Positions 37,909 through 46,777 of a stretch of DNA of 64,000 nt are shown here, one piece after another. A model generated the notes under the pieces. It was not told the DNA's origin, did no database searches, and was given only the letters and a program-made list of their open reading frames with translations. Both the position numbers and the translations under genes were made by a program. Every line of letters starts with the position of its first letter. The stretch's first letter is position 1. This DNA comes from a virus (Duplodnaviria; Heunggongvirae; Uroviricota; Caudoviricetes), in IMG/VR virus record IMGVR_UViG_3300024348_000013, positions 46,677 to 110,676 of that record, one strand, 5' to 3'.

Positions 37909-39264
37909 TTATAGGGTTACTCCCTTTTGTGCTTCTATCTCTACTATCTGCTCTGCTAATGATAACAACTCTGCCTTTCTATCTCTATTGAGAGCATCGT
38001 ATTCTATTTTCTTCTTACCACCACCATAGTATTCTGCATAGAGCTCTTTTCTTTTTCTAACCTCACCACCAAATACATTAGAAGGTGGGTATTCCTTTGG
38101 ATGTATCTTTGCTTTATTTAATACCGTTGGTAACCATTCTATATTGATGTTTACTTCCTTATTTCCCTTTATTACATTAAGTATAGATTGTTGTACCGTC
38201 TTAGTCTTAAAGAAACTTCTTACCTTCTTAGTTCCACCTTTAGGGTTTTTTAGAGAATCCTTTTCCGCAGGAGTAAACCTATACGCATTCCACTTAGCGA
38301 TTATCTCATCATATGTCTTATTTCGGGCATCCAATTCACCTTGAAGTTTCTTTTCGGATTCTTCAATTGCTTTTGCTGCTCCTTCCGCAATCTTAGCCAA
38401 TTCTGCTTGTGTTTTGGCTGCTGGAGTATCTTCGTTTCCTACCTTCTTATATTGTTTAATTACTACTGACTTCTCACCTCTTTTCTTTTCATCATCCATA
38501 TCCTCTACATTTGCTACTTTGGTGAATGAGAATGAGTTGGTTGCACTTATTGGATTCTTACCATTATAGAATATTTCCTTAATAGAATTAAAATCATCTC
38601 TAAGTACCCCTAATCTTTGTGATGTTCCGCTGGTGAATGCATCTAACTTAGCTTTATCTAAACTACCATCTTCTTGTGCCGTTTGTACTTTAAGTTGTTC
38701 AATTGAATAATCTCCCGTCAATCCCAAATCCCATATAGAGAATGTATCTGCCGGTCTGGTCCCTTTTTCTTTTAGAGTATAATTGATTTGTTCTAATAAA
38801 CCCTTTGGTATACCATTAACCTTTTCCGTTTCATATCCATAATCCACACTCTTAACTGCTGCGAATCTATTATTTGCATCCCTACTTTCACCCAACGTAC
38901 CCAATGCTTCAGTATTTACTTCTATAATAGGAATTGTCTTTCCCATTGGAGTTTTATTCACTTCACCATTTTGAACAACTGCGTAATGTGGGTTGTTATT
39001 ATCATTAATTCTCTTTAGAGTTACAGGCGATATTAAATAACTTCCCAATATCTTTACTACAATACCTTCTACTTCTAATAGTGGAATGAAATCAAATGGA
39101 GTTCCTTCATTAAGAATAAGTGGTTTAACATCAGGACTTGCTGATATAACCCAATTCTTAGGTGAGGTAGATTTTCCACCATTTGCCATCATAGTAATAA
39201 ACGGAGTAGGAGATTGTGTTACCTTATACCTATCTGCGTTTTGTGTTAGTTGTTGTATTTCCAT
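37909..39264 (-). CDS. hypothetical protein (451 aa, Lys/Glu-rich C-terminal half)
   Basis: Long ORF, last large gene before the GC-shifted island. Confidence 0.5.
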   Translation of the reverse strand: MEIQQLTQNADRYKVTQSPTPFITMMANGGKSTSPKNWVISASPDVKPLILNEGTPFDFIPLLEVEGIVVKILGSYLISPVTLKRINDNNNPHYAVVQNGEVNKTPMGKTIPIIEVNTEALGTLGESRDANNRFAAVKSVDYGYETEKVNGIPKGLLEQINYTLKEKGTRPADTFSIWDLGLTGDYSIEQLKVQTAQEDGSLDKAKLDAFTSGTSQRLGVLRDDFNSIKEIFYNGKNPISATNSFSFTKVANVEDMDDEKKRGEKSVVIKQYKKVGNEDTPAAKTQAELAKIAEGAAKAIEESEKKLQGELDARNKTYDEIIAKWNAYRFTPAEKDSLKNPKGGTKKVRSFFKTKTVQQSILNVIKGNKEVNINIEWLPTVLNKAKIHPKEYPPSNVFGGEVRKRKELYAEYYGGGKKKIEYDALNRDRKAELLSLAEQIVEIEAQKGVTL

Positions 39265-39547
39265 TGGTATCTTTCCAAGCTTTTTTATATATAGTTAATT
39301 CTTTAATTCTGGGATGTTTCTTTTGATTCAATCGATATATCTCTCTTTGTAAATGTTGATACTTGCCATCTTCTATGGCGATAGATATAATCTCATTAAT
39401 ACTTAGTTCGTCAGATGCGTTTTTAAACACCTTTGGTTCATATTCATCCTTTTCATCTGATAACTTCTTATAACCTAAAACATTTGCTACCCCTACCGAA
39501 ACACCGAAATCTTCCGATACTTTCTCGTAAATCTCTTGTCTTAACAT
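39230..39547 (-). CDS. hypothetical protein
   Basis: 105-aa ORF preceded by a terminator and an iteron locus. Confidence 0.4.
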   Translation of the reverse strand: MLRQEIYEKVSEDFGVSVGVANVLGYKKLSDEKDEYEPKVFKNASDELSINEIISIAIEDGKYQHLQREIYRLNQKKHPRIKELTIYKKAWKDTNGNTTTNTKRR

Positions 39548-39647
39548 ATCATTGTTTTTATACTAATAAATATCCCTTAATAAAATAAATTCAGTTAATT
39601 CTTAGTTTAGTGTATCACACTACCTATCAAAATACCTTCCCATAGCG

Positions 39648-39690
39648 AAAAAACCGGGCTCGGTATTTAAGCGGACCCGACCCGTTTTTT
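39648..39690. terminator. bidirectional rho-independent terminator
   Basis: A6 run, then GC stem CCGGGCTCGG...CCGACCCG, then T6 run; functional on either strand. Confidence 0.6.
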
Positions 39691-39699
39691 GTCACGCAG

Positions 39700-39800
39700 G
39701 ATTTTCTTAGTTACATGATATTCAGTTGCCTCGTTACATGTTGTTACATATCGTGAGTCGAGTTCACATTTGTTACATATTGTTACATATTACATTTGTG
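39700..39800. repeat. iteron array, locus 1 (GTTACAT / TTGTTACATAT units, about 6 copies)
   Basis: agttacatgata..cgttacatgttgttacatatcg..tttgttacatattgttacatattacatttgtgaac; ends GTGAACTCCGGCTGGGAGCAAGCA. Confidence 0.6.
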
Positions 39801-39882
39801 AACTCCGGCTGGGAGCAAGCACAAAAAAGCCGATGAGCTATTACACTCACCGGCCTAAACTATGAAAAATGAAACCCTAATC

Positions 39883-40092
39883 TTAATACTTACGTGCTAC
39901 CCACTTAGGATAGTTACCATACTGCGCCATTAGCTCAGTTGCTCTACTATCTCGTCTCTCTATCCTACTACCTATGTTCATACTACGACACCACTCTTGA
40001 AATTCAATAAGTGATTGTGTCTCCTCTCTCTCCTTCTCTATACTATGTATCCTATCTATATCTTTATATGCTGTTACTATACTGTTATTCAT
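39883..40092 (-). CDS. hypothetical protein (69 aa)
   Basis: ORF in the higher-GC island. Confidence 0.4.
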   Translation of the reverse strand: MNNSIVTAYKDIDRIHSIEKEREETQSLIEFQEWCRSMNIGSRIERRDSRATELMAQYGNYPKWVARKY

Positions 40093-40290
40093 ACTCTTGC
40101 TGTTTTTATTTTATTTAATATTGTCCGAATTGTTATAAAGAATTTCCCTCCAACTCGCTATAAGCCACAACGTCGTAATTACACGTAGGGACCAATGCCA
40201 TTGAAAGGGATACCATTGCCCTGCTATCAAGCTCATAAGCATATACACTAATCCCGTTGCTACTATTAATGCTATAAATTGTTTCATATA

Positions 40291-40521
40291 CTATGCTTGT
40301 GCGATAGGTGGATTTAATGTAAGAGCTTCTTGTAGGTATACATCCTCACTCACTTGCGCCTCCACTACTGCTTTATCGAATTGCTTCAATAGGGATATGG
40401 CGTGCTTCACTTCCATAAGCTCATCTGCACATGCCCACTTCGGCTTACCGTCCCTTAACCCTCTCAGTTTTTTCATTAATACTACTTCTGCGTGTTCTAA
40501 TACTTCTATTGCTTTGCTCAT
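40291..40521 (-). CDS. hypothetical protein (76 aa)
   Basis: ORF in the higher-GC island; overlaps the next gene start. Confidence 0.35.
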   Translation of the reverse strand: MSKAIEVLEHAEVVLMKKLRGLRDGKPKWACADELMEVKHAISLLKQFDKAVVEAQVSEDVYLQEALTLNPPIAQA

Positions 40522-40927
40522 TTGTTTTTTTATTTAGTCGTTTGTTTATATGTGCCCAACATACGGGCGTTAATTCTCTCTCTGCTTTGCGGGCTGCTTT
40601 CTCATACGGGTTACTACGGTACGTGCCATCAAATTTATAGTACCTAGTCAATATAGGTTGTAATTGATGTTGCCATTCATGCACACACGTTTCAATTAGC
40701 TCTTTGATTGTATCTATATTGCCCCAATATATGTGTAACTCATTATCGTCCGCATCGTACTCACCACATAGACCGTCATCGTATCCTTTACGAATAGTCC
40801 ATACTGGCTGATACTTTTTACGGCGATTCACTCCCATATTGGACCGGCACCATCGTAGAGCCATATTAGCTATACTAACCGTCTTAGCCCTACCCAAAGT
40901 CTTTGTCTTCGTTTCGAGCTTAATCAT
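40445..40927 (-). CDS. hypothetical protein with HExxH motif (possible zinc metallopeptidase/SprT-like)
   Basis: ELIETCVHEWQHQLQP. Confidence 0.45.
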   Translation of the reverse strand: MIKLETKTKTLGRAKTVSIANMALRWCRSNMGVNRRKKYQPVWTIRKGYDDGLCGEYDADDNELHIYWGNIDTIKELIETCVHEWQHQLQPILTRYYKFDGTYRSNPYEKAARKAERELTPVCWAHINKRLNKKTNEQSNRSIRTRRSSINEKTERVKGR

Positions 40928-40955
40928 TTTTATTTCATTTGGTTTATAAAAAATA

Positions 40956-40984
40956 AAGGATAGCGGTCTCTAGCCACTATCCTT
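40956..40984 (-). terminator. hairpin terminator downstream of tRNA
   Basis: Perfect 8-bp stem AAGGATAG/CTATCCTT with a 13-nt loop, followed on the minus strand by TATTTTTTAT. Confidence 0.5.
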
Positions 40985-41062
40985 AGAATGTCGGTGCTTG
41001 CTTTGTAAAGTAATCGGAGAATAACCATTTCTGAGTAACTAGAGATGCTACCAACATATTAG

Positions 41063-41147
41063 AGCGGCGGGATGGAGTCGAACCACCTCATCTGAATTGG
41101 AATATCCAGTGTGCAATACTTTCGTATAACCATTACACCTCCACCGC
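41063..41147 (-). tRNA. tRNA-like gene, type II (long variable arm), anticodon unresolved
   Basis: The minus strand reads GCGGTGG-AG-GTGT-AATGGTT-ATAC...GGTGG-TTCGACT-CCATC-CCGCCGC-T. It has a 7-bp acceptor stem, a D-arm with a GG loop and a canonical T-arm with TTCGA loop, but the anticodon arm does not fold canonically by hand. Confidence 0.45.
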
Positions 41148-41223
41148 AAATAAGTGTTAGCTAATATAACTTAGAGGAATTTTGAGAATAACCACTATGA
41201 AACACGCTAACACTTTACGTTTA

Positions 41224-41529
41224 CTACTTAGTAGCCGTTGTAGTATCTACTGCTACTGCAGTTGTACTATCCACGCTTACTACTGTAGAATCAGTTGCTA
41301 CTGCTTCAGTTTTAGGTGAGCCACAAGCTGCCATACCGATTGCGATAACCAATGACATTGCACCTACCTTAGCGGTTGATAAAATCGTTGATAATCTCTT
41401 AGCGTTATATAATGCTCTAGTTGTGTAGAAATCACGCTTTTGTTCACTTTGAGTTGTTGCCGCCTCATTTAGGTTGTTTACTAATTCAGTTACCTGATAA
41501 TTCACCTTCGTACTAATTTTCTTAGCCAT
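41224..41529 (-). CDS. small membrane/lipoprotein-like protein
   Basis: Transmembrane helix followed by AACGSP and a Thr/Val-rich tail. Confidence 0.45.
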   Translation of the reverse strand: MAKKISTKVNYQVTELVNNLNEAATTQSEQKRDFYTTRALYNAKRLSTILSTAKVGAMSLVIAIGMAACGSPKTEAVATDSTVVSVDSTTAVAVDTTTATK

Positions 41530-41577
41530 GTTGTTTGTTTTTGTTTGTTTTAAAATTTATTGTTTGTTTGTTATACT

Positions 41578-41609
41578 CAAATATACGACAATTATTTCAT
41601 ATTGCCAAA
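41578..41609 (-). promoter_or_regulatory. Bacteroidetes-type promoter (TTTG-N20-TATATTTG)
   Basis: Minus strand: TTTGGCAATATGAAATAATTGTCGTATATTTG. Confidence 0.6.
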
Positions 41610-41625
41610 TTTATTTCACTTTATT

Positions 41626-42075
41626 TTACCACGATGAGCTATAATAGTACTCACCATTCTCATCAGCCAGAGCCTCATTCAGTATTTGGATAGTGTTATC
41701 AATACCATCGTAATACCATTCATCGTATTCGGTCCCACCAAAAAAGAACCCACTAGCCGTAGGTAGTATTGCCTCAGCTGCTGCCGGCTGATTTTTTACA
41801 GCCTTACATAGAGCAAGTAACTCTTTGAGCTTCTCTCGTTCTACATAGTACTCACCACAGTCATCAATACCATTTTGTACATTCTGAACGAACCAACGGT
41901 GAATGTTATTTTGTTTACGCCAATACCCAGCATCCTCAATAACGTATTTTACCTTACGTCCATCGATACTTGCCGGCTTACCAGCTTTCGTAACAGTCAC
42001 TTCGTAATTGTTATCGCCGTTATGCTCCCAATATTGAACATACGTTTTTTTGTTTAGATACATGTCTAATCCCAT
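41626..42075 (-). CDS. hypothetical protein (149 aa)
   Basis: ORF with Trp/Tyr-rich termini. Confidence 0.45.
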   Translation of the reverse strand: MGLDMYLNKKTYVQYWEHNGDNNYEVTVTKAGKPASIDGRKVKYVIEDAGYWRKQNNIHRWFVQNVQNGIDDCGEYYVEREKLKELLALCKAVKNQPAAAEAILPTASGFFFGGTEYDEWYYDGIDNTIQILNEALADENGEYYYSSSW

Positions 42076-42096
42076 AGTAGTAGTTTTATAGTTTAA

Positions 42097-42453
42097 TTAT
42101 TTAGAATTCAAATAAGATTTGATAATCGATGGAGTCGTGTCACCCATACGTTCAGCCAACTCAACGCCGGCAATTGCATCTTTGTGTGCACTAGCTACTC
42201 CTTTAACGTGCTGATAGCCAGATACCTTCAAAGCCTTAGCCTGAATCTTGCCGGTCTCACACCTTTCGATAAATTTAGTTACACTAGCCTCGTCCACAAA
42301 CACACGCGGTTTGTCGATGTTCTTACCCGTCACTTCATATATCTCATATAGGGAGCGGACACCTCCAAGGGTTAAATACTTATTACGTTGGATTACGTTG
42401 TAACCACGTTTGAACCCTTTTAATTTTTTAGCAGATTTTGATACTTTACTCAT
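42097..42453 (-). CDS. hypothetical protein (118 aa)
   Basis: Preceded by a conserved promoter. Confidence 0.5.
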   Translation of the reverse strand: MSKVSKSAKKLKGFKRGYNVIQRNKYLTLGGVRSLYEIYEVTGKNIDKPRVFVDEASVTKFIERCETGKIQAKALKVSGYQHVKGVASAHKDAIAGVELAERMGDTTPSIIKSYLNSK

Positions 42454-42498
42454 AGTTTAAATTTTAGTGTTTATTAATATATCTCTCTCTTTACTTCA

Positions 42499-42530
42499 TA
42501 AAGATACGCAATTTTTCGCACATTGCCAAA
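42499..42530 (-). promoter_or_regulatory. Bacteroidetes-type promoter (TTTG-N20-TATCTTTA)
   Basis: Minus strand: TTTGGCAATGTGCGAAAAATTGCGTATCTTTATG; near-identical to the 43874 and 60449 copies. Confidence 0.6.
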
Positions 42531-42620
42531 CTTTTTAGCAATTATTTTTGAAAAAAGTCGTAACTCATTGATACTCAGTTAGTTAGGTATGTAACGATTT
42601 TATTACATATAACCCGTTGA

Positions 42621-42923
42621 TTACCAAGTAGTGTCAATGTAGGTAGGGGACCCGTCCCATAACTTACCATTAAGATACCATTCGCCCTTCTTTTGATTGA
42701 TTCTGACGAACTGAAAACCATTCAGTCGTTCTTTTGTAGTATTACTATCCCAGCCGGCGTTACTAATCCACGTACGTCCGTCCTCATATCGGGCAGCAAT
42801 CTTATTACCAAATAGTTTTAGGTAGTATATAGTACCCTCACGTACTACTTCGGTATTAGATTTCTTAAAAGGGATTCCTAATTCGAATGCGCTGATTGCT
42901 TCGGTTGTTATTTTTCTACTCAT
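42621..42923 (-). CDS. hypothetical protein (100 aa)
   Basis: Follows the GIY-YIG gene. Confidence 0.45.
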   Translation of the reverse strand: MSRKITTEAISAFELGIPFKKSNTEVVREGTIYYLKLFGNKIAARYEDGRTWISNAGWDSNTTKERLNGFQFVRINQKKGEWYLNGKLWDGSPTYIDTTW

Positions 42924-42924
42924 G

Positions 42925-43239
42925 TTAGTGTGTTGAATTTAGTTTATAATTGTATTTCTTTAGATATTCCGTTTCGATTTGATGTGCCAGAGCTTTACCC
43001 CTTACGACCTCCACAACTGAAACTTCATATACATCTGGTCCGTATTTTCGCATATCATTGTAAAGGGACCAATCTTTGTTTTCTTTACGTGCTCTACTGC
43101 AGTGCTTTTGAAATCTTAGCTTAGCAGAATAGTTGAAAGCTCTCCCAACTGCGGCAGTAATACCGATATACGATTTATTGTTTGTAGTATTAAGTATTTC
43201 ATATATAATGTGATTTCTATCTGAGCGTTTTTTTCTCAT
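42925..43239 (-). CDS. GIY-YIG nuclease (free-standing homing-endonuclease-like, 104 aa)
   Basis: HIIYEILNTTNNKSYIGITAA (GIY...YIG), conserved R and H, and E in IETEYLKKYN. Confidence 0.7.
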   Translation of the reverse strand: MRKKRSDRNHIIYEILNTTNNKSYIGITAAVGRAFNYSAKLRFQKHCSRARKENKDWSLYNDMRKYGPDVYEVSVVEVVRGKALAHQIETEYLKKYNYKLNSTH

Positions 43240-43275
43240 TGTTTATAATTTATTTATAGTCAGAATAACCTATAT

Positions 43276-43311
43276 GCTGGAGGCCGTTTCATCGCCCGTA
43301 TACCCTCCAGC
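43276..43311. other. perfect 8-bp GC-rich hairpin (GCTGGAGG/CCTCCAGC, 20-nt loop)
   Basis: Inverted repeat in the spacer between the GIY-YIG gene and the upstream gene. Confidence 0.5.
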
Positions 43312-43471
43312 TTCTCTTCATGCGATTTTAATATAGGTTATTTAGATGATTTAAAATAATGTTCGAAAATTGTTTTGATAAATACATACCCAACTAATGA
43401 TATAGCTGATATGATAATGGCTTCGCCAATTGTTATATACTGACCCATAGTAGTTTAATTTAATTTAGTGA

Positions 43472-43831
43472 TTAGAATTTTTGTAATAAGATGTTAATCG
43501 CCTTAGTACTGAAACCGAAAACGTTTTTCAACTCACGTTTCAAAGCCGGCTCATTTACATACTTACCATTCTTAACTGAATAATCAGAAAATATACGAGA
43601 TAAGGTAATTGATTCACGACGAAACATTCCGATATACTGAACGATTTCTTTGTACTGCTTTTTAGTACGATACGGTAGGTAGTGATTACGTCCTAAAAAG
43701 TCCGTAAAGGTAACCATCGGCGTACCGGCTTTATATACTCGCGGTTTGTTAGCCGGAATATTAATGATATCAGCCGTAGCTTCTAAACTAACTGATGAAT
43801 AACGTGGGTTAAATTCTTTTGTGTAACTCAT
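43472..43831 (-). CDS. hypothetical protein (119 aa)
   Basis: Preceded by a conserved promoter and a 0.6 kb repeat-rich leader. Confidence 0.5.
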   Translation of the reverse strand: MSYTKEFNPRYSSVSLEATADIINIPANKPRVYKAGTPMVTFTDFLGRNHYLPYRTKKQYKEIVQYIGMFRRESITLSRIFSDYSVKNGKYVNEPALKRELKNVFGFSTKAINILLQKF

Positions 43832-43873
43832 AATGATTTTTTTTAATGTGATATATTCTCTTTACTTACATAG

Positions 43874-43905
43874 TAAAGATACGCAATTCTGCTGACATAT
43901 ACAAG
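43874..43905 (-). promoter_or_regulatory. Bacteroidetes-type promoter (CTTG-N20-TATCTTTA)
   Basis: Minus strand: CTTGTATATGTCAGCAGAATTGCGTATCTTTAC. Confidence 0.55.
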
Positions 43906-43940
43906 TCTTTTAGCAATTATTTTTAAAAGTTTTTTGCTGA

Positions 43941-44300
43941 GTATCAACCAGTTACGAATTCTTTTTTTTATCACATATAACCCACTCTGAATCAGATAGT
44001 TATAACTCACTGGAAATCAACCAGTTACGTCAGCGGACTTAACATAATATCCGTTATATAGATTTTTCCACGTAACCCATTGAGGACCAATACGTTAGCG
44101 ACTTAACATAATATATTATATAAGACATTCCTAACTCATTGATTATCATAGCTTAATGTATACTTTAAATAAAAATGCGTAACGTGTTGATACTCAATAA
44201 GTTATATATGTTTGATTAAAGTTATAATCCACTTCAACTTAAACGGGCTAACGTGTTGATTTATAACCGGTTATGGTTATCATATTGACTATCAACGAGT
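43941..44300. repeat. cluster of short direct/inverted repeats (ATCAACCAGTTACG x2, CGACTTAACATAATAT x2, TAACGTGTTGAT x2)
   Basis: Read directly in the non-coding 43.9-44.4 kb stretch. Confidence 0.6.
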
Positions 44301-44394
44301 TAGCAGTTTTGAATTAAAGTAAAGATTTTTCAGGAAAGTTTTTGTCTGTGCGGCGCACCGTCTTATTCAGTTTGCTCCTATCCACGATTTGGAT

Positions 44395-44475
44395 TCGATT
44401 CACGCGTGATTCACACCGTTACATATTGTTACATATTTTCCTACGGTGATTCATATTGTTACATATGTGAACACG
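44395..44475. repeat. iteron array, locus 2 (TTGTTACATAT x3 plus GATTCA variants)
   Basis: ccgttacatattgttacatatttt...gattcatattgttacatatgtgaacacgcc, followed by gggaggaagcaaa; homologous to locus 1 including the flanks. Confidence 0.6.
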
Positions 44476-44773
44476 CCTGTTTACAATTGTAATTTTTTTT
44501 TTCGGGAGGAAGCAAATGGGTGGGATACAACTTAATTCATTGATACACTTATATAGTGTTTTATGTTTATTGTAGTGTGTAAGTATGTTAATGTTTATAT
44601 TGACATGGTTATAACTTTTACCACTCTTTAACACATTTTACCACTTATACCCACCTGATATAAAGGATTTACTTATTTTGATACATAATGCGTTTACACA
44701 CACTCATGCCATTTACACCCGTTTGTATTGTGTATTCCGATATACGATATGAAGTGTTTTTCTTTTACTTAGT

Positions 44774-44935
44774 TGTAAAGAAAAGATACCAACCAGTCAA
44801 TAGAAACTTATAACCAAAGTAAAGTATCACTCCCATAAAGGTGCACATTACTACCTTAGCAAGTACGATACCGATTTTACCGGCTAATTCCATATAACGT
44901 TTCATAATCCATTTTTTAATATTCATAAAGATTTC
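44774..44935 (-). CDS. small membrane peptide (about 53 aa)
   Basis: MNIKKWIMKRYMELAGKIGIVLAKVVMCTFMGVILYFGYKFLL..; AAGGAAA upstream. Below the ORF-track size cutoff. Confidence 0.35.
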
Positions 44936-45161
44936 CTTTGTTTAATTATATATAACGATTTTGATTTTTATCACTATCGATTTCTATTCCTTCGATATAT
45001 CAGTATTAGTGTATATCCCAGAGTCACCATTAGTACTATCATACGTTAGAATTTACCCCATTGTGATTTATCCCTATTCTCTTCAGCTATCTTAACCCCT
45101 AACCATAACTCCCTAAGTATCTTAACTAATTCACCTAGTGGATTGTTTCCTATTTTCTTAT

Positions 45162-45335
45162 TCATACTATCTTATTTATTAATTCCCTTAAAAGTACATC
45201 CCAGTCCTTATAACTATCCCATACTATCCTTTCGTATTCTTTTAGTACGGATTCTCTTTGCTCATTCGTTAGGGTTATATTCAGTTCCACTTCTATTTCC
45301 TTAATATCTTCTGGGTTTACATTATCTTTATACAT
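45162..45335 (-). CDS. small hypothetical protein (57 aa)
   Basis: MYKDNVNPEDIKEIEVELNITLTNEQRESVLKEYERIVWDSYKDWDVLLRELINKIV; ATGA overlap with a following 39-aa ORF. Confidence 0.35.
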   Translation of the reverse strand: MYKDNVNPEDIKEIEVELNITLTNEQRESVLKEYERIVWDSYKDWDVLLRELINKIV

Positions 45336-45545
45336 ACTGGCATACTTATTATTCCTTGCTGAATTATTTTTATCTTATTTGTCAGAATCGGTTTTCGTTT
45401 CGATTACTAAGTATGGGTATCGTTCATCCCCTTTTGTTATAAAACGAAGTTCACCCGATTCGACTAATTCATTTGCTATTTCGATTCCCTTCGTCTCCGC
45501 AATCAATTGTATTGTTTCACCTAAATATATCTGCTTCATTCTCTA

Positions 45546-45887
45546 TTATTTATTACTATGTTTACGAATCCATTTATACATAAAATCTATATCACGTTTA
45601 TCACTACTATCCACACTTGCCGACTCTTCAAGCTTAGGGGACGCACTATCAATAAAATTTTCCTTAATCGACTCACCCCCAGCCCCCGCCCCTTTCAGTT
45701 CGTTTAGGTATTCGTTAAACATATCCTCATTTGAATAGTGAAAGTATTTTTCTGCATTTTCTGGCGTATCATTTTCATGCATCCACTTTATAAAATTTGC
45801 CGTTTCATTACTCTTATCTATACTTTGAATATAGGTAGTTCCATCCTCTAAGGGAAACCTTTTATTTAATTGCTCTTCTCTGTTCAT
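45546..45887 (-). CDS. hypothetical protein (113 aa)
   Basis: Minus ORF preferred over the antisense 45379..45738. Confidence 0.45.
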   Translation of the reverse strand: MNREEQLNKRFPLEDGTTYIQSIDKSNETANFIKWMHENDTPENAEKYFHYSNEDMFNEYLNELKGAGAGGESIKENFIDSASPKLEESASVDSSDKRDIDFMYKWIRKHSNK

Positions 45888-46089
45888 AGTTATTTTTATA
45901 AAACCAATATAAGTGCATTAAGATTACCGATGTGTTAATTACTAATATAGGATAATCCATTTTCAATAACGCATATACTATCCATACTACTGATGCTATC
46001 GAATTTATTAATCTTAGCTTCCACATATCCTTTACAGCAAATGATACCAATGTACCTGCTGTTGCTATCCATCCAATTGCTTCAATCAT
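45862..46089 (-). CDS. small membrane protein
   Basis: Two transmembrane helices. Confidence 0.4.
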   Translation of the reverse strand: MIEAIGWIATAGTLVSFAVKDMWKLRLINSIASVVWIVYALLKMDYPILVINTSVILMHLYWFYKNNYEQRRAIK

Positions 46090-46228
46090 ATTATTTATTT
46101 CGATTCTTATATTCTTTTACTATTTCTATTATTGCATATAGTGTCAATCCTGTTGATACTATTACTGCTATTGTTGATATTATTTTCATATTACAATATA
46201 CGTTTTTTATTTCAATTTACCAAATTAT

Positions 46229-46489
46229 TTAATCAATCATTTCACTTGGCATTGTCCACATGTGAATTGGTGTCCTATCGCCCATATATGCTCTTAGGAT
46301 ATTAAATTCAACCCATTCAGCAGCGGTTTCCCAATCCCACTTATTATCACGCATTAAAAGGATTTCCATTTGGTGAATATCATATACAGGTATACCCTCT
46401 TCTGTTATACCAATGATTGCTTCATCTAATCCATCCCAAAGTATTGCCTGCGGGTCGATATCTAATATCCGTTTACGTTTATTTTCCAT
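46229..46489 (-). CDS. hypothetical protein (86 aa)
   Basis: ORF. Confidence 0.4.
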   Translation of the reverse strand: MENKRKRILDIDPQAILWDGLDEAIIGITEEGIPVYDIHQMEILLMRDNKWDWETAAEWVEFNILRAYMGDRTPIHMWTMPSEMID

Positions 46490-46491
46490 AA

Positions 46492-46776
46492 TTAATTTAT
46501 TCCTATTCTACATTCGATACCATCTTCGCTTTCAAATACCCATTCGGTATAATTAAATCCACCTATATCGCCCTTAATTTCTTTTACAAATCTAAATCTT
46601 CTAAATCCGTTTGTATTATAATTGTAAATAAAGAATTCACCTTTCATTGTAGGGAATGCTTCAGGATGAAAACTACCATCTGGCATATATGCTACTAAAT
46701 TATACGCATCAGCGTAAAATGTATTAATATCTTTATTCCATTTAAATTGTTGTATATCGTATTCTATATTTTTCAT
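46492..46776 (-). CDS. hypothetical protein (94 aa)
   Basis: ORF. Confidence 0.4.
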   Translation of the reverse strand: MKNIEYDIQQFKWNKDINTFYADAYNLVAYMPDGSFHPEAFPTMKGEFFIYNYNTNGFRRFRFVKEIKGDIGGFNYTEWVFESEDGIECRIGIN

Positions 46777-46777
46777 A

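Noticed and set aside
44419-44634. 71-aa minus ORF in the repeat-rich non-coding tract
   Set aside because: It has Cys/Asn/His-rich low-complexity sequence and overlaps the iteron locus 2 and the repeat cluster. It is more likely non-coding regulatory DNA.
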